Assembly (NCBI GenBank): GCA_013239625.1
Contig: MU054220.1
Location: forward strand, 6,060,626-6,124,625
Source: Lama guanicoe
Lineage: Eukaryota
DNA: 64,000 nucleotides
Direction: 5' to 3'
Numbering within the stretch: the stretch's first letter is position 1; each line of letters opens with the position of its first letter. Of this stretch, positions 35,828 through 50,289 are shown one piece after another. The notes below the pieces were generated by a model. It saw only the letters and a program-made list of their open reading frames with translations, was not told the DNA's origin and searched no databases. A program made the position numbers and the translations under genes.

Positions 35828-37955
35828 CACTTCCCAAACTGACCCATAGATTAAATGCATTTAAAATAAAAATTACCTGTAGGATTGTGTGTGTGCATGG
35901 CTGTCCATTTGTGTGCAAGCAAGCATGTGTCGGTGAAAATTAAGAAACTGAATCTAAAATTTACAGAGAAATGCAAAGGACACATAATAACTAATGTAAA
36001 ATCAAAGAATAATAAAGAAACTAGATTAATATCATATTGAGGCCTGTGGTACATAACACTATCATAATTAAGACTGTGGAATTGGCATAGAGATAGATCC
36101 ATTGACCAATGGAACTATAGAGAAAATCCAGGAATAGACTCACTTACATTTCTGTGGTTACCTAATTTTTACAAAGGAAACACTGCCCTTCAGTGGGAAA
36201 AGAACAGTCTTTTTGATAAATAGTGTGGGGTTGACTGGATATTCATACAGAAATAATAAATAGTATCCTGTTCCTTGAATTATATGTAAGAACCAAGACT
36301 AAATGTAAATGTGTAAGATAAACAATACAACTTCTAGAAAAATTATGAAAATACCTTTATTACCTTAAAGAAGTCAAAGATTTCTTAAACAAGAACAGAA
36401 GTTATTCATACTAACAGAAAACTTGATAAAGAAGTTACATTGAAATTTGAAAACATGATTAAGAGTGTGAAATGTAGACTCAAATGATATTAAATATTTT
36501 TATGCATATGTCTGTCAAAAATATTTAGAATATATAAAAAACTTTAGGTAAGATAAACAATAGAAAAATAGATTTTTTTGTTTTTTTAATTTTATTTTGG
36601 TAAGAACTGAATGCATTTTTAACACATTTGTAAGTGTACAATACAGTATTGTTGGTTATAGGTGTGATGATTTATAGCAGATCTCTAGAACTTACTCATC
36701 ATGCTAATTGAAATTATGCCCATTAATTAGTAATTCCCCACTTACCCTTCCCCCTAACTTCTGGCAGCTACCATTCTACTCTCTAATTGTGTGAATTTGA
36801 CTATTTTAGATTTCTCATGTAAGTGGGATCATGCAGTATTTGTCTTTCTGTGACTGACTTATATCACTTAGCATCATGTCCTCAAGATTGTCCCATGCTG
36901 CAGAATTTCATTCTTTTTTTTAAGGCTAAACACTATACCTTTGTATCTGTTGATGGACATTAAGTTTGTTTCTACATCTAGGCTATTGTAAATAGTACTA
37001 TAATAAACATGGGAGTGCTAATATCTAATTTCAATTATTTTGCGTAAATACCCAGATGTGGGATTGCTGGGTCATATGGTAGTGCTGCTTTTAATTTTTT
37101 GAGGAAACTTCATATTGTTTCCATAGCAGCTGTGCTACTTTGCATTCCCACCAAAAGTGCACAAAGATTTGAACAGACATTTCCTTTAAAAATATCCAAA
37201 TGGCCAATAAACTTAGGAAAATGTGCTAAACTTTATATGCCATCATGGAAATGCAAATTGAAACCACCAGAATGACTAAAATGAATAAAATAGTTTGACA
37301 ATTCCAAATGTTAAGTAATGGTGTGAAGCAAATGGAATCTTCATACTTTTCTGGTGAGAGTATAAATTGAGACAGCCACTTTAGAAAATGCTTTGTCAGT
37401 ATACACTAAAACTCAACTAGCTCATAACTTAGGATGTGGCAGTTCCATTCCCTAGTGTATACCCAACAGAACTGCATAGTTATGTTTGCCAAAAATATTG
37501 TACAAGGATGTTTATGGCAGCATTACTTGTAATAGGTTGATAATGAAAACAACCATCAATAATAGAAAAGATAAATACAATGAAATATTATACAGTAATG
37601 AGAGCAAATGAACTGCACCTACATGCAGCAGAACAGATGAATGTCATAAACAATATGTTGAGGGAAGAAGCCAGACACAAGAGTAGTACATATACATGAT
37701 TCCATTCACATACAACTGAAAAAGGCGGCACATTATTTATTCCCCTTTGAAGTCAAGATAGCAGTTACTCATGTGGTTAGTAACAGGGAGATGGGGCGTG
37801 AGGGTAACTTTTAGCATGCAGATGATGTTCTGTTTCTTGATTCAGGCTCTGATTATAGAAATGTGTTTTACTTTGTGAAAATTCATTGTGTTGCACACTT
37901 AGGATATGTATTATTTTCGTTATGTATGTTATACTTCAATAAAAAGGAAAAAAGT
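35060..37955. mobile_element. Nested L1 cluster: + L1MB-like 3' end (35060-35710), + L1M ORF2/3' end (35710-36570, 37170-37955), - L1MA/MB insert (36575-37165)
   Basis: L1 3' motifs accactttggaaaac, ggatgaatctcaaaatcatt, agatccattgaccaatggaac; reversed gtgggatcatgcagtatttgtctttctgtgactg. Confidence 0.85.
35761..35828. repeat. Compound (TG)n(TA)n microsatellite
   Basis: gtgtgtgtgtgtgt followed by tatatatatatatatata. Confidence 0.95.
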
Positions 37956-38744
37956 AACATTCATACCAAATAAATTCCACTTTGTTAAAAAAATCACATA
38001 CCATTTCATGAATTAAGCTCTGTGTGACGGAGAATCCACAGGGGTATCTCTATTTTGTATTTGCGTATTTTAGCATAGATAAGTCAAGACACTGAGAATA
38101 AAGGAGGAAGTCAAGGAATGGGTAGAAGGAAATATCTACATATAATGAAGACACATTTCTGCCACCAAAGTCTTTAGAAATTGTTTATTACTAAATTAGT
38201 GCCATAATAGAGAATGATATCAACATATCATTTTCTATCTTGGAGAAAGATAAATTGGGATCAAAGAAGTGAAGTGCCGATTTTTAATTTTGTGGCAATA
38301 TGTATATATTCACACGTGTCCTTAAACATGCTTACACATTCTTTTTCTTTGCCTTTCTCCCTGCCCCCGTCTCTCTTCCTTCCTCCCTCCCTCCCTCTCT
38401 TTATCTTTTTTCCTCTCTCTTTTTTTTTGGGGGGGGGGGATTATACAAATCAAGCAACACAATAATTGAGTGCTTGTATATTTTGTCATTATCTATTAGC
38501 TATCAACCTAGATTCCTACAAGTTAGGGAAATTTTATTTTTGCTTTGATTGGTTGTTGATTAAGTGTTAACAGCTGTAGTCTGTCATCGTGGGATCTTAC
38601 CATCCCCATAATATTAGCCATACTGGTTACATGGCAGCATCTCTCACTGTCAACCACAGCCTTCAGAGGATAGCCAACACCAGGCTTCTCACATGTGCTG
38701 GTTTCCCCTGCACACTGTATTTCACAGCATTAGGCCCTTGATGC

Positions 38745-38865
38745 TAGAAGTGTGGTGTCCACACAGCAGAACAATCTCATGCTTGACCCAGATATACTGA
38801 CTGAGAATTTGCATTGTAACAAAATTCCAGGGTTTTTTGGATGCACATTGAAGTTTGAGAGCCTC
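38745..38865. mobile_element. MER5-family fragment
   Basis: agtgtggtgtcc...gaatttgcattgtaacaaaattccagg...gatgcacattgaagtttgagagcc. Confidence 0.7.
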
Positions 38866-39358
38866 TACTCTCGGCATTCTCTGGATAAAATGTTTAAGTA
38901 ACAGATTCTTAAGTCTTACATAGTAAACCATTTCTAACAGCCCCACTACCATACTTTGCCAGAGGAGTTTGGAACATTCACCACGACTAAGCCATTATCC
39001 TATATAAGTTTTAAAGAACTATACTGATTAACATTAGAAGCCTCTCTGGTTGTTCTTGACATAATACTAAATCCTAAATCATAACTGGTTTAAATGGTAT
39101 CAGTAAATTCTTCCCTATCCATAACATAGCCCCACCAGTTCAGCACCATCTGCATGTCACCTTGGTTCATGCTGGTACGTGTTTGTCAGGTCCTGTAACT
39201 CCTTCAATAAGCTGTTTCTTCCTGGGGCAAAGTTCACATCTCCCTGCTTTAGGTTATATTAAAACTGACTCAGGTTTTGGTTCTAGAGGCAGTAAGGAAT
39301 ACTGAAGGAAGAACTTGAAGAAGACAAACATTATTTTGAGATGCAACCATTCCAAACA

Positions 39359-39510
39359 TAGATTGCCAGATAAAATACAGGCCACCTAGTTAAAACTGAA
39401 ATATAAATAAATGACAAAAAATTGTTTCAGTCTAAATATGCCCTAAATATTGCATAAGGCAAATTTATACTAAAAAGCACTTGTTTATCCCAATTCAAAT
39501 TTAACTGTCC
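39359..39510. mobile_element. MER53 (palindromic hAT MITE), cut by an L1
   Basis: ttgccagataaaatacagg...cctaaatattgcat...ttatactaaaaa...tgtttatc...attcaaatttaactg matches the recalled MER53 consensus. Confidence 0.8.
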
Positions 39511-39519
39511 TTTAAAAAA

Positions 39520-40020
39520 AATTAAATAACTTTTTAAAAATTTTAGAATAATTTAGGTTTACAGAAAAACTGCAAAGATAATGTGGAGAGTTTCCATATA
39601 CTCCAAACACATTTTTCCCTATTGTTATCATCTTGTATTAGTACAGTATATTTGCTACAATTAGTGAACTGATGTTGATACATCATTATTAGCTGAGGTC
39701 TACACTTTATTCAGATTTTCTTAGTTTTTGCCTTCTGTTCCAGCATTCCGTCTAGGATACCATATTACACTTGTCATGTTTCCTTAGGCTTATCTTAGCT
39801 GTGACAGTTTCTAAGACTTTCCTTGTGTTTGATGACCTTCAGAGTTTGAGGAGTGCTGATCATGTATTTACTAGACTCCTCTCAGTGCTCAGTAGGATTT
39901 GTCTGATGTCTTTACCATGATTATATTAGGGTCATGTGTTTTTGAGAGGAAGACTAGAGAACTAAAGTGCCATTTTAATCACATTGTATCAAAGGTATGT
40001 GTTATCAGCATGGCTTCACT
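39520..40020 (-). mobile_element. L1MC-like 3' end
   Basis: tttaggtttacagaaaaactgcaaagata...gagtttccatatac...ctgtgacagtttct...ttgatgacctt. Confidence 0.85.
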
Positions 40021-41439
40021 TTGAACTTTGTGTTTTAACGTGTATATTTAGAGTCACTGCTTCCTGAAAATACAAATAAATAAATAAGCCCTTTAATCTC
40101 ATCCCATTAGACCTTGAAGCATCTTATTTATCTAAGTTTTCCCCAGAACCTTACATTTCATAGGTACATGTGGTCTGTTTGGGAAATGAACCATCCCCTA
40201 GTTATACTATAGAAAGTACCACATCTGAGAATGTATTATTTAAACAGCTTAATATTCATTAGTATTTCATCCAGTGGAAACACCCAAAAGGTGAAAATTT
40301 TCTATGAGCTTTCTATCTATGAATTTATCTGAGTGTTAAGACAGTTATTTTACTTTCTTTTTTTGATAGCTGAGGAATGAAGCAGGAACAGTTAGCTCTG
40401 GACATTGACTGGTAGATGTTCCACGTAAACTCAAGTAATGAACACCCATAAAACCTAGTTTACAGAGATTATCCATAGTGAGTTTCCCAGAGTGAATCGA
40501 CTTTATCTAGGTTGCAGTCGTCAGAGTCAACAGCCTACAAGGGTCTCCAGGGGGTTTGGGAAATGACTGGGTCTGGGGAGCTATCTGGAATGCTAGCATT
40601 GCCGTTCCCTCTTTCTAGTTCACTATACAGATGAGTACAGCTGTATCCTTTATTAGTTAAGCAAGTATTTATTTTCCTAAGTATCTTTGAATGTTCTTAT
40701 TCCAGAGCACAAACTCCATAACCCTCTTGGTATCTGCTCTAGTAGTTTATGTGTATAATTTACCAATCATTTCGAAAACATGTTATTTTTCACCCCTAGA
40801 AACTTTTTTATTGTCTGCATTTGTTGCAGCTTTTCAGAGAATTTCACAGCTTTTCCTCATTTCTTTATGTGCCCTAAGTTTCTGTTTGTTGTCATCATTA
40901 AACCCTCTGTGTCCACTGTTGAACTAGGAATTGTTTAGAAACAAACTCAAAATAAGTTTTAAAAATATTTGTTAAAATCCTACTGTGTACTTGGCATAAC
41001 AGATAAAAAAGAATGAACTAAGTAAAATTTACAAAAAATATGAAAGAAGAGCATGGTGTATCTCAGGAAAAAGAAGTAGTTTAATTCAATTAAAACAACA
41101 CACAGAGAAAGAGTGGTAAAAGATAAAACTGTAAACCAAATACTTGGTGGATCATAAAAGTTCTCTATTTTCTCCTGAATGTCGTGAACTTTATTTTAAG
41201 CACCAGTGTGCTAAAATTGAATTTCAGCTTTCTGGAGTCTTCCCTGATGGCTGTAAAGGGAAGAAACAAAGAAAAACTCAGTGGCTTGTCCTAAGACAGA
41301 TGAAGATCTCCTTGAGAAGGGAATACTTATGAAATATGGGGTAAGGAGTAATTCAAAATGGAGTATGGTCAAGTAGAAAATACTGGTCTAGGTAGTGTAT
41401 TATCCGTAACTACTGGTATTTCTTTGATCCATTCTCATT

Positions 41440-43610
41440 CCAGCCAGAACTATCTTGTTAAAACATAGATCCAATCATTTCAACATCTGCATTGCACAGC
41501 CCCTGAAATTCTTCACTGATTTTCTAGTGCTTACAGAGAAAAAAAAATTAAATTTCCTTAACAAGTTTTAAAAATCTCTACCCCATTTTGATAACCAGGT
41601 TTCTTCTTGCTTTCTTCCTTTCAGTGACACTGCCTTTTATAAAGGCCCACACAGCAATATTTACTTCCACTACAAGGCTGCACAGGCTGCTTGCTGTTTG
41701 TGGAACTCCCTTCCCATCCTGGGTATCTTTTCTTGTAATTTAATGCCAAGCATTTCCCCTCCAGAGGTATCCTCTGGAAAACTTTCATTGGTTTCCCTTA
41801 CTTGTGCAAATCCCCATTATTCAGTTTCATACTGTGTTAGTCAGGGTTCTCCAGAGAAACAGAACCAGTAGGATATTGATATATGATAGATACATAGATA
41901 GATAGGTAGACAGACAGATAGATAGAAATTTAGAAAAAGATTTATTATGCGATACTGACTCACACGATTGTGGAGACTAAGTCCTATGATCTGCTGTCTG
42001 CAAGCAGGATGCCAGGGAAAGCCAGTGGTATAGTTTCAGTTGGAATCTCAAGGCTTGATAATCTGGACCACTTATGTCTGAAGGCAGGAGAAGATCCATG
42101 TTTGCCCTTCCTCAGCTTTTGTTCTATTCAGGCCCTCAGTGGACTGGATGGTGGCCACCACATTGGCCAGGATGATTTTCTTTATTCAGTCTATTGATTC
42201 AAATTCTTACCTCTTCTGGCATTACTCTCATAGAGACACCCTTAGTTCCTTCAAACTGACACACAAAGTTAACCATTACAGTATAGTTCACTTCATTTGT
42301 CTCCCATCTTTTAAGGATCAACATCCTTTAACTAGTCACTCTTCCTTCTCTTATACCATCAGTAGTTCTCTATAAAATTTTTAAAACATACATAAAAAGC
42401 ACATTTCTCAATTAAAAAATAAAGAAATCTCTCTATACTTTATAGTATCTTCTAATTACATGTCCATTTTTCTACTTTCCTTCACAGAAAAATTCCTCAG
42501 AGGAGTTTTCTACTCATTGTCTCAAATTTCTCCTTTCTCATCCTTTCTTAAATTCACTTCAGCCAGGTTGAAGCCCTAAACAGTCTTCCAAAATGGCTCT
42601 CATTAAGGTAATGGCTGACAAATATCTTTCTAAAGACACAGGGACAAATGCCAGTCCTCATCCATATTTGACATGTCACCAGCAGTTAGGACATGATGAC
42701 CAGTCTTTCCTACATGACACCATTTCTTCACTTATATTTCAGGGCCCTACATTTTAGTGATTACCTCTTTCTTAGTTGAAGGCAGTCTTCTCAATCTTAT
42801 TTTCTGGCTTCTCTTTATCTCTGTGTCTTAATAAGGGATTGCCTAAGGAATCAGTCTTTAAACCTCTCTTGGATTCATCTACACTCCCTCCCATGGTGGT
42901 TTCATCCATTCCTGTGCCTTAAATACCACCTATATGCTCATCAGTCTTACGTTTTAATATGCTAAGCCCAGATCTGACTGCTGGACTTTTGAGTCATATA
43001 TCAACTAAAAAGTCAATATGTTTGCTTGTATTTCAAAGAGAAATCTCAAACTTAAAAATTAGATTCTGATCTCTCAACCTAAAACCTGCCCTTCTTCCAG
43101 TCTTCCCTATTTCAATTAATTACAGAATCGTCATTTTATCCACATGGTTCTTAAACTCTGGGGTCATACTTAACTCCTGTCTCTTATATTCTTATGCCAC
43201 ATATTCCATCAATTAGCAAAGTCTCTTGACTCTACCCTAAAAACATATCCAGAATCTGGCCGATTCTAGTTATGTCCCCTGCTCTCACTGTGGACAAACC
43301 TACTATCATCATCATCTCTTGTACAAATTACTGTAATTGCCTTCTACCTGGTCACTATGTTTCTATTCTTTGCCCTATTTTGTCTTCTAAACCGAACAGC
43401 TAGAATGATCTTAAGAAAAGTAAGATGGAGTTATGTTTGTAGGGAAAGTTCTTCAATGGTGTCTCATTACCCTAGAAATAAAGACAGAGATCTTAAACCT
43501 GCGAGACCCTACACAATCCATCCCTCTGCTGACTCTTCGTTCTAATTTCTTGATTTTCTTTTTCTTTGATTCTGCTTCAGTCACAGTGGTCATCTTGCTG
43601 TGACATTTTT
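41440..43610 (+). mobile_element. L2 fragments around an MLT2 LTR
   Basis: atttgacatgtcaccagcag, catccattcctgtgccttaaataccacctatatgct, ctctaccctaaaaacatatccagaatctg. Confidence 0.75.
41833..42280 (-). mobile_element. ERVL solo LTR (MLT2-like)
   Basis: tgtgttagtcagggttctccagagaaacagaaccagtagga...tcaaactgacacacaaagttaaccattaca. Confidence 0.9.
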
Positions 43611-43613
43611 CTT

Positions 43614-43615
<2 letters not shown>

Positions 43616-43654
<39 letters not shown>
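43616..43654. repeat. Pure poly-T tract (~39 nt)
   Basis: Uninterrupted T run. Confidence 0.95.
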
Positions 43655-43659
<5 letters not shown>

Positions 43660-45938
43660 AGGCCCTTTCTCAATATGGGAGTTCTTGGTACAAACAAAAT
43701 AAGCTGCCAGGACGTAGTTAATTAACTAAAATAGGGGCTTCTATTCTAGTTGGTATCTAAATTGTTAAGGATCTAGGAAGGGAGTACCTGTAAGCCTATG
43801 CTTTGTTGCGTAAAGTAGACCAATCCAAAAGAGGACCGGTTAATGGACATAAAAATTCCCATGATCCCTTCCACTTCCTTGCTACTGCATCTACAGAAGC
43901 AGGACAGGATCCTTTTGAGCTGACAGATCTGAAATTGATGATTTATTGGTATCTCGCTTAAGACTGTTTCAGGAATTCAGAAGTGCTCGGTTGGTAGGTA
44001 GAAGTTATTATATAATGTGTTTTGGAAAATATTGATTCTCTCCCTTGCTCCAATCTTACTGAATAAGAAAGTCTGTGTGGCGGAGCTAGTGAATCAATGT
44101 TTTAAAGACATTATTGTACAATTTCTATACTTATCAAGGTGTAGTCATAGCTGCAAAAAGAAATTCCCTGACGATCCTTAAAAAAGTGCTAATAGGCTTA
44201 AGAAATCTGTTTTAATAGGCAGCAGGATTGAGAATCCATGGTCACACAGAGTTAGAGATCAGTATTTGTGGAATGAATAAAATGAGTAACAACTGATTTA
44301 AGTGTGAATTATTACATACTTAGACTCCTTGACAATTCAGTTATGTTCCCATTCTCCTTTGTGCTCTTTAGTTCCTCACTATGAAGGAAAGACTAAAAAT
44401 TAAATTCCTTACTTCACATTCAGGTTGGGAAAGTCCTCATTACCTCTTGTCTGCAATTTCTGCCCTTTTTTTGCTATTCCCTTTTTACTAAGGCCAGAGT
44501 TACCTTCTAGAACTCAATCAATTATATGTGCGTATTTTAACACTTACATTTCTCTTTATTAATCTAGAACCTTTTGGTTGTAAGTGAGAGAAACTCAACC
44601 CAAAATCAGAATAAATGAAAAAAATACATATTTTTAAAATTGGACAATGTAACAGATCTGAATCTAGGATTCCATAGGATTCTATTTATTTCCAGTTTTT
44701 AGCCTAATTTCTTACTTTTGCTTAATTCTTCCTTGCAGTCCCAGGGCTGCTTTTTAGCAATTTAGCATCTGTGGTAACCTAAGCAAAATTTCCAAGATTA
44801 ACCCAGATACTTAGCTTGAATCATGAGTTTGTCCCTCAGCCAGACTAGAGCCAGAAGGATGAGACAATTTGACTGGTCAAACACGTACCTCTTATGATTG
44901 TGCATTTTTCTGTTTTTGAGAGTATTTATATAAGTTTTCACCACCCAAAACATGTACATTGAGATTGGCAAGGGAATGGTTCCCCAAAGGAAAGAAAAAA
45001 GAGGGCTTTTATCAGGAGAAAGAAGGAAAATTGAGAAAGAAGGAAAATTGAGAGCAGAGCAAATGGCACAGCAGGATATATTCAGGATGATTATTAATTA
45101 AAGTGTTTTGCTAGTCTAAAAACCAATACTGCTTGTGCACTGTTTACCTCTGTGTCCCTGAAGGTCATTACTTCTCCTTCTGTACCCAGTATTTCAGTCA
45201 CACTGGGCTACTTGTTACTGGAACATGCCATACTCATTTATGTCCCTTTGCAAATGGTATTTCTTATATCAGGAATACCTGCCAAATTTCTATTCATTTT
45301 TTGAGGTATATCTTTCAATTATCTATTGCTGTATAGCAAACAAGTTGTGAAGGGTTAACTTAGCAAACAGATTTCTCTATTTCGGGAATTCTTAACTTTT
45401 GCAATTTGCTTATGTGCATTGTAAACCTCTGGTGATAAGGCTAAGGAAGTTGGGTAGAGGATGGGGAAGGTTATGTAACAGAGCATTTCCTAATGTACTT
45501 GTCTTGAAACTTTTTAGGGAGCAACTTTGAGGATAAATATTCCATAATACATGCTTTTTAAAACCTTGCCTAAACATTTTTTTTATAAACCTCCAACAGT
45601 TCACTTTGATTGTCAATTTATATATTGTACTGTGAGCTCTCCAATCATAGGAATTTGGGGTTATTTTGTCATTTTATGCTCAACCATCACAGGGCCTAAC
45701 ACATAGTAGTCTTGTAGTAAATGTTTCAGGAAGAAAGAGATAAAAAAAAAAGAGAGAGTAGGGAGGAAACAGTTTTAAAATCTTCATAATGTAAGCCCAG
45801 CCTCAGTATATCCAGTCTGACCATTTATACAATGCCCAATGTATTTGTTAGAATCCAGTTGTTCTGTGCAGATGCTACAGGGGGATTTTATCATGATTTC
45901 AGATAAGCTAGAACCACATAGCTCCTGAGTATTTCCAT

Positions 45939-46434
45939 TGTAACGGAAAGAACAATAGCCCCTGAATGGTGTCCATGACGTAATCTGGAACGGGTAATAG
46001 TTAGCTTACCCAGCAAATGGAATTAAAGTTGCAGTTGAAATTAAGGTTGCTGACCTAAAAATAAGGAGATTATTTTGGATTATCTGGGTGAACCCAGTGT
46101 AATCACAAGAGTTCTTAAAAGTGCAAAAAGGAGGCAGAAAAGAGAACCAGAGCAATGAAGTGTGGGAAGCACTCAGCCATATGTTGCTGTCTTTGAAAGT
46201 GGAGAAAGGAGGCAATGAGCTAAGGATGTGGATGACCTCTAGGAGCTGGAAAAAGCAAGGAAAGGAATTCTCCCCTAGAGTCTCCAGAAGGAACACAGCT
46301 CTACTGGTACCTTGATGTAAGCCTTGAGACTCATTTTGGATTTCTGACCATCAGAATTATAGGATAATAAATTTGTATTGCTTTAAACTATCAAGTTTCA
46401 GGTAATTTGTTACAGCAGCATAGAAAACTAATAA
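45939..46434 (+). mobile_element. MaLR solo LTR (MLT1D-like)
   Basis: aattaaggttgctgacct...ggattatctgggtgaacccagtgtaatcacaag...gtaatttgttacagcagcatagaaaactaata. Confidence 0.9.
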
Positions 46435-46849
46435 ACTCATGGATGATTGCCATATTTTCTGCTTGACTAGTGAATAAAAAGAAATTATGTAGACGCAAGA
46501 ATGGTGCAGCCCAGGCTTCACTTAATTTATTTTAATAGATTCAGTTTTAATTACCTTGATGCTACCCTGTAGTATGTTAGCAAATACACCGTAGTCCATT
46601 TGTAAAACTGACTAATCTATATTAATGATGCTCTCAGTATGGTATTTGGTTCTGGGCTAATTCCACTATAGGAAAGCATGCATGAATATTTGTGGGATAT
46701 GGAAATGGTTATTCTTTAGGTTATATAATTCTGAGAAACATTGTGCTTTGAAGATGATTTGCAGCTTACAGAAGCAGAGCACTGTTTTATGAGAAAAAAA
46801 GCGTTACAAAATATGAGAATTTTAATAAAATATAAATAATTCATCCAAA

Positions 46850-47680
46850 GACTGTTCAGTTATTTAAACTTTCTTTCCTCAAGTAGATAATAAGCATCTC
46901 TGCATCTGTCATGGTCTCAGGTAGTGGGGCTACACTGGTGAGTTAAGCATGGTCACTTAAGGTCCATCTCTATTACTGGAAGAAAATGACAAGTAAAAAA
47001 TTAATATTGAATCAATATGAATGATGTTCTAATAATATTTACAAAGTATTATAGAGCAGATGAGAGTTTATCTTACTTTTAAGAAAATATCTTTAAGATG
47101 CCAGTAGTATTACATTGTACCTTTAAAGTATTCAAATTAATAAGTTAGAAAAGTAGAATCCAGGAGGGGGAGAAGACATGTGAAAATATTTATATGTCAA
47201 AAAATCCAGCTGGTTGAGAAGTGCAAATGAATTTGTGGCATTGGGATAGAGGCTATGCATGGAGGATGAAGCACAGTGGAAAGGAAGGAGCATATTGAAA
47301 GATTTCCCTTGAAAACCACGCTGGAACTAAGAATGTGAAGGTCCTTGTAAACATACCAAGAATGTGGGATTTCATCCTAAAGGATGTGGGAAGCACAGAG
47401 TTTCTAAGCAAACCCATAATAGCAAATTTTCTTTAAAGAAATCTAAAGATGTGTGGATGATGAATTGGAGAGATGTTATTAAAATCAGAACAACATAATG
47501 GAAGTTGAAAATAGGAAGGTGGTGATTGTTTGAGGTTGTGTGGAGATTAGAAAATTGGGTGACGCTTAATGGGCAGGTTCTGTAATTTTGGTGATTGAGG
47601 AAAAGTGGAATAAAATCCTAATTCTGATAGTAATGGTTTAGGCAACTAATGAAACTAGCCTTCCTTATTCAGATATCATA
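46850..47680 (-). mobile_element. L2 fragment
   Basis: Purine-rich reverse L2 motifs gaagggtccttgtaaacataccaagaatgtgggatttcatcct. Confidence 0.6.
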
Positions 47681-47849
47681 ATAAGAAAACTATGTATATC
47701 ACTTATCATGGTTAGGATTATTTCTGCTGACACTAATAGAAAATACAACTAAAAGTTGTTCTCAGAAATAAGGAAAAATATAAAGTCTCACATACCTAAA
47801 GTTGCAGTAAAACTTTGAAGAGGCTTGATGTGGTAAGTCAAATAATATG

Positions 47850-49600
47850 ATTCCAAAACAGTTTATATCTCCCTTCAACACTGCTTACATTGTCTTTTTG
47901 CTTATATTCATTCAGAGCACGCCTTCAGCGAATATTTTTACATGGCAATACTTCTTAAAAATGTGTCTTAAGGATTGTTCTGAATATTTCACCAAATTTA
48001 GATATTAAAATTATGTTCTTTTCAATTCCATTCCTTCACAGAGTAAAATACAATTGATAAAAATTAAAAGATCTCCATGAATATATGCTTTCCAAAGTTT
48101 AAATATTATAAAACTATAGAATTTAAATGTTAAATCCTGTATCCTACTTGAACTCACAATTAATTTACTCAAATCCACTGTTACTTTTATAGGAATAAAT
48201 TTCGAGATTTCCCTGTCAAGCTTTGTTTTGAGTAATTGCAGTTCATTAAATCTTAAGAAGGTGAAAGTTTCTGCTCTTTCATATCTGGAATAAATTGATT
48301 AAAGATTTTTATGATTTTGAATAGAATGCAACCAAAATTTAAAGACCTTGGTTATTAAATAAGTTCAATATCATTGTAGAACACTTAAATTGATTTTCAA
48401 GTAATTCCTGAAATGTTTAAACATTGCTAAAATCCAATTGATGATGTCAGAAAAGAGGAAGCACAAATAAATTCATGTTGAGTTGTGTTTTAATGCAACA
48501 TCAACTTAATTATATACACACAAAGATTATATTTAAGTTTTTCTATCTCTGTACATATTTACAAATTCTGACTACAGTTTATTTCAGTGAAATGATTAAA
48601 TCTGTGTGCCACAAGAAATTCTAAGTACATTTCTTGGTCAATAGGTTTTTTACTAGAAGATTGTTGTTTTTACTATAACACTGTAACAAAATTAGTATTT
48701 CATATTTTTATCATTGCAAAACCAAAATATTTTATCTCCAATGTTGAATATTTTAACAGCATTCACACTGCTGCTTTCTTGAAAATGAACTTGTAAAACT
48801 ACTTTGATTCTATGAATTGGATGAAAAAAAGTCGAACCGTTATTGAAATTAACTGATTTTCCACTTGAAAGATGTGCTAACACTGATAAAAGACTTTCAT
48901 CGTTCAGCTGTTTGTGAAGTTCTTCTGTTAATGAAATGAACACTGTCATCTATTCCTTCACTTTTCCTACCTACCCAAGAAAATTTGGATATATATTCAC
49001 TTAGAAAAAGTCAATAGATCTATGTGAAAAGTCATATTTTGTAGTATGATATATTTAATGCCCCTTGGGAAGGTGAATACATTTTTTATTTCTAGTATAG
49101 TCCAGTTTATTTTTTTATTCTTATATGGTCTTTTATTTTTAATTTAATTTTATTTTTATCTATCAATATTTTTTAAGTGAAGTATAGTCAGTTTACAACT
49201 TTGTATCAATTTTTGATGTACAGCATAATAGTTCAGTCTTACAGATATATACATATATTTGTTTTCATATTCTTTTTCATTATAGGTTACTATATTCTTT
49301 AAATAAATACTGATGCATCTTCTGCAGATCTGTGTCCTCTAGCTTTTCTCTCCTGAGAGTAGATGATGACATCAATTAATTTTTTATTCAAGTTAAACTT
49401 TTATCAGCTTTTTGAGAAATGAAACCCTGGAAGTGAATTTTTAAAAGTAGTCATGTCAAATGATTTATTGCAAAAATAAAGTACTTCCAAACAATAAATT
49501 AGATAAATATAGATACACAACATTCAATCAATATCAAAGTCACTTTACCAGAACACTGAGAATACAGTTTTTGATAGGACTATACAGCTACTACTTCGTG
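47850..49600 (-). mobile_element. Fossil hAT (Blackjack-like) transposase, interrupted by a young L1 fragment at ~49130-49295
   Basis: - strand remnants FFHPIHRIKV, AVKIFNIGDKIFWFCNDKN (C.DN catalytic region) and FWLHSIQN, colinear with Blackjack-type hAT transposases as recalled; many stops and frameshifts. Confidence 0.7.
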
Positions 49601-50289
49601 TACATTTTTCAAATACACAGCAACCTGTAATTTCACAGTAACCTGAGTAACTGGAGGTTTTATGGATTCAGGATCTCAAAGGTCATGGCACAAATCCTGA
49701 CATAAATGGCTAATATTCCAAGTGGCCAGCAGGGGCAACTGAGTCAAAGACTTCTACTACTACTTTAGACCTGGAAAATGTAGCTATTTTTCTACGTGTT
49801 CTCTTATAATCATTTTTTATCAGAAAATATTTTGCATTCTGCTCTCAAAAGGGAGATGTTATATCTGGAAAAGAAGACTGAAAAAAAGACTGTCTTCCAG
49901 ATGGCCATGTATTAAAGTTAGAACTCTGTTCATTGCACATGAGTTTCATCCATTATTATACAAGATCATGGCAGGAGCTGAAAGTAAAATTTTAATGCAA
50001 CTATTGTTAATAATGCATTGCTAAAAAATGAAAAACCTAGGATAAATGTGAACAGAACAGGACTCGAGACAATAGGCATATATTTCAGACAAACTTGGAT
50101 ATATGTTCACCCATATATTATGACATTGCTGTGAACAGCAATTCAGATTATGTATGGAAAACACATTGCAAAAGTTAAACAATAAAAACAAAACAAACAC
50201 TAAACTTCATATTTATGTTGAAAATGGGTACTTTTGCTGTTTCCATTGTGCTAATATGATTCAGATCTCAAACTTCCTGATCAGTTCAC

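Noticed and set aside
49723..49739. CTCF-like TGGCCAGCAGGGGCAAC
   Set aside because: Lacks one G of the GGC core spacing; too weak to call without a PWM score
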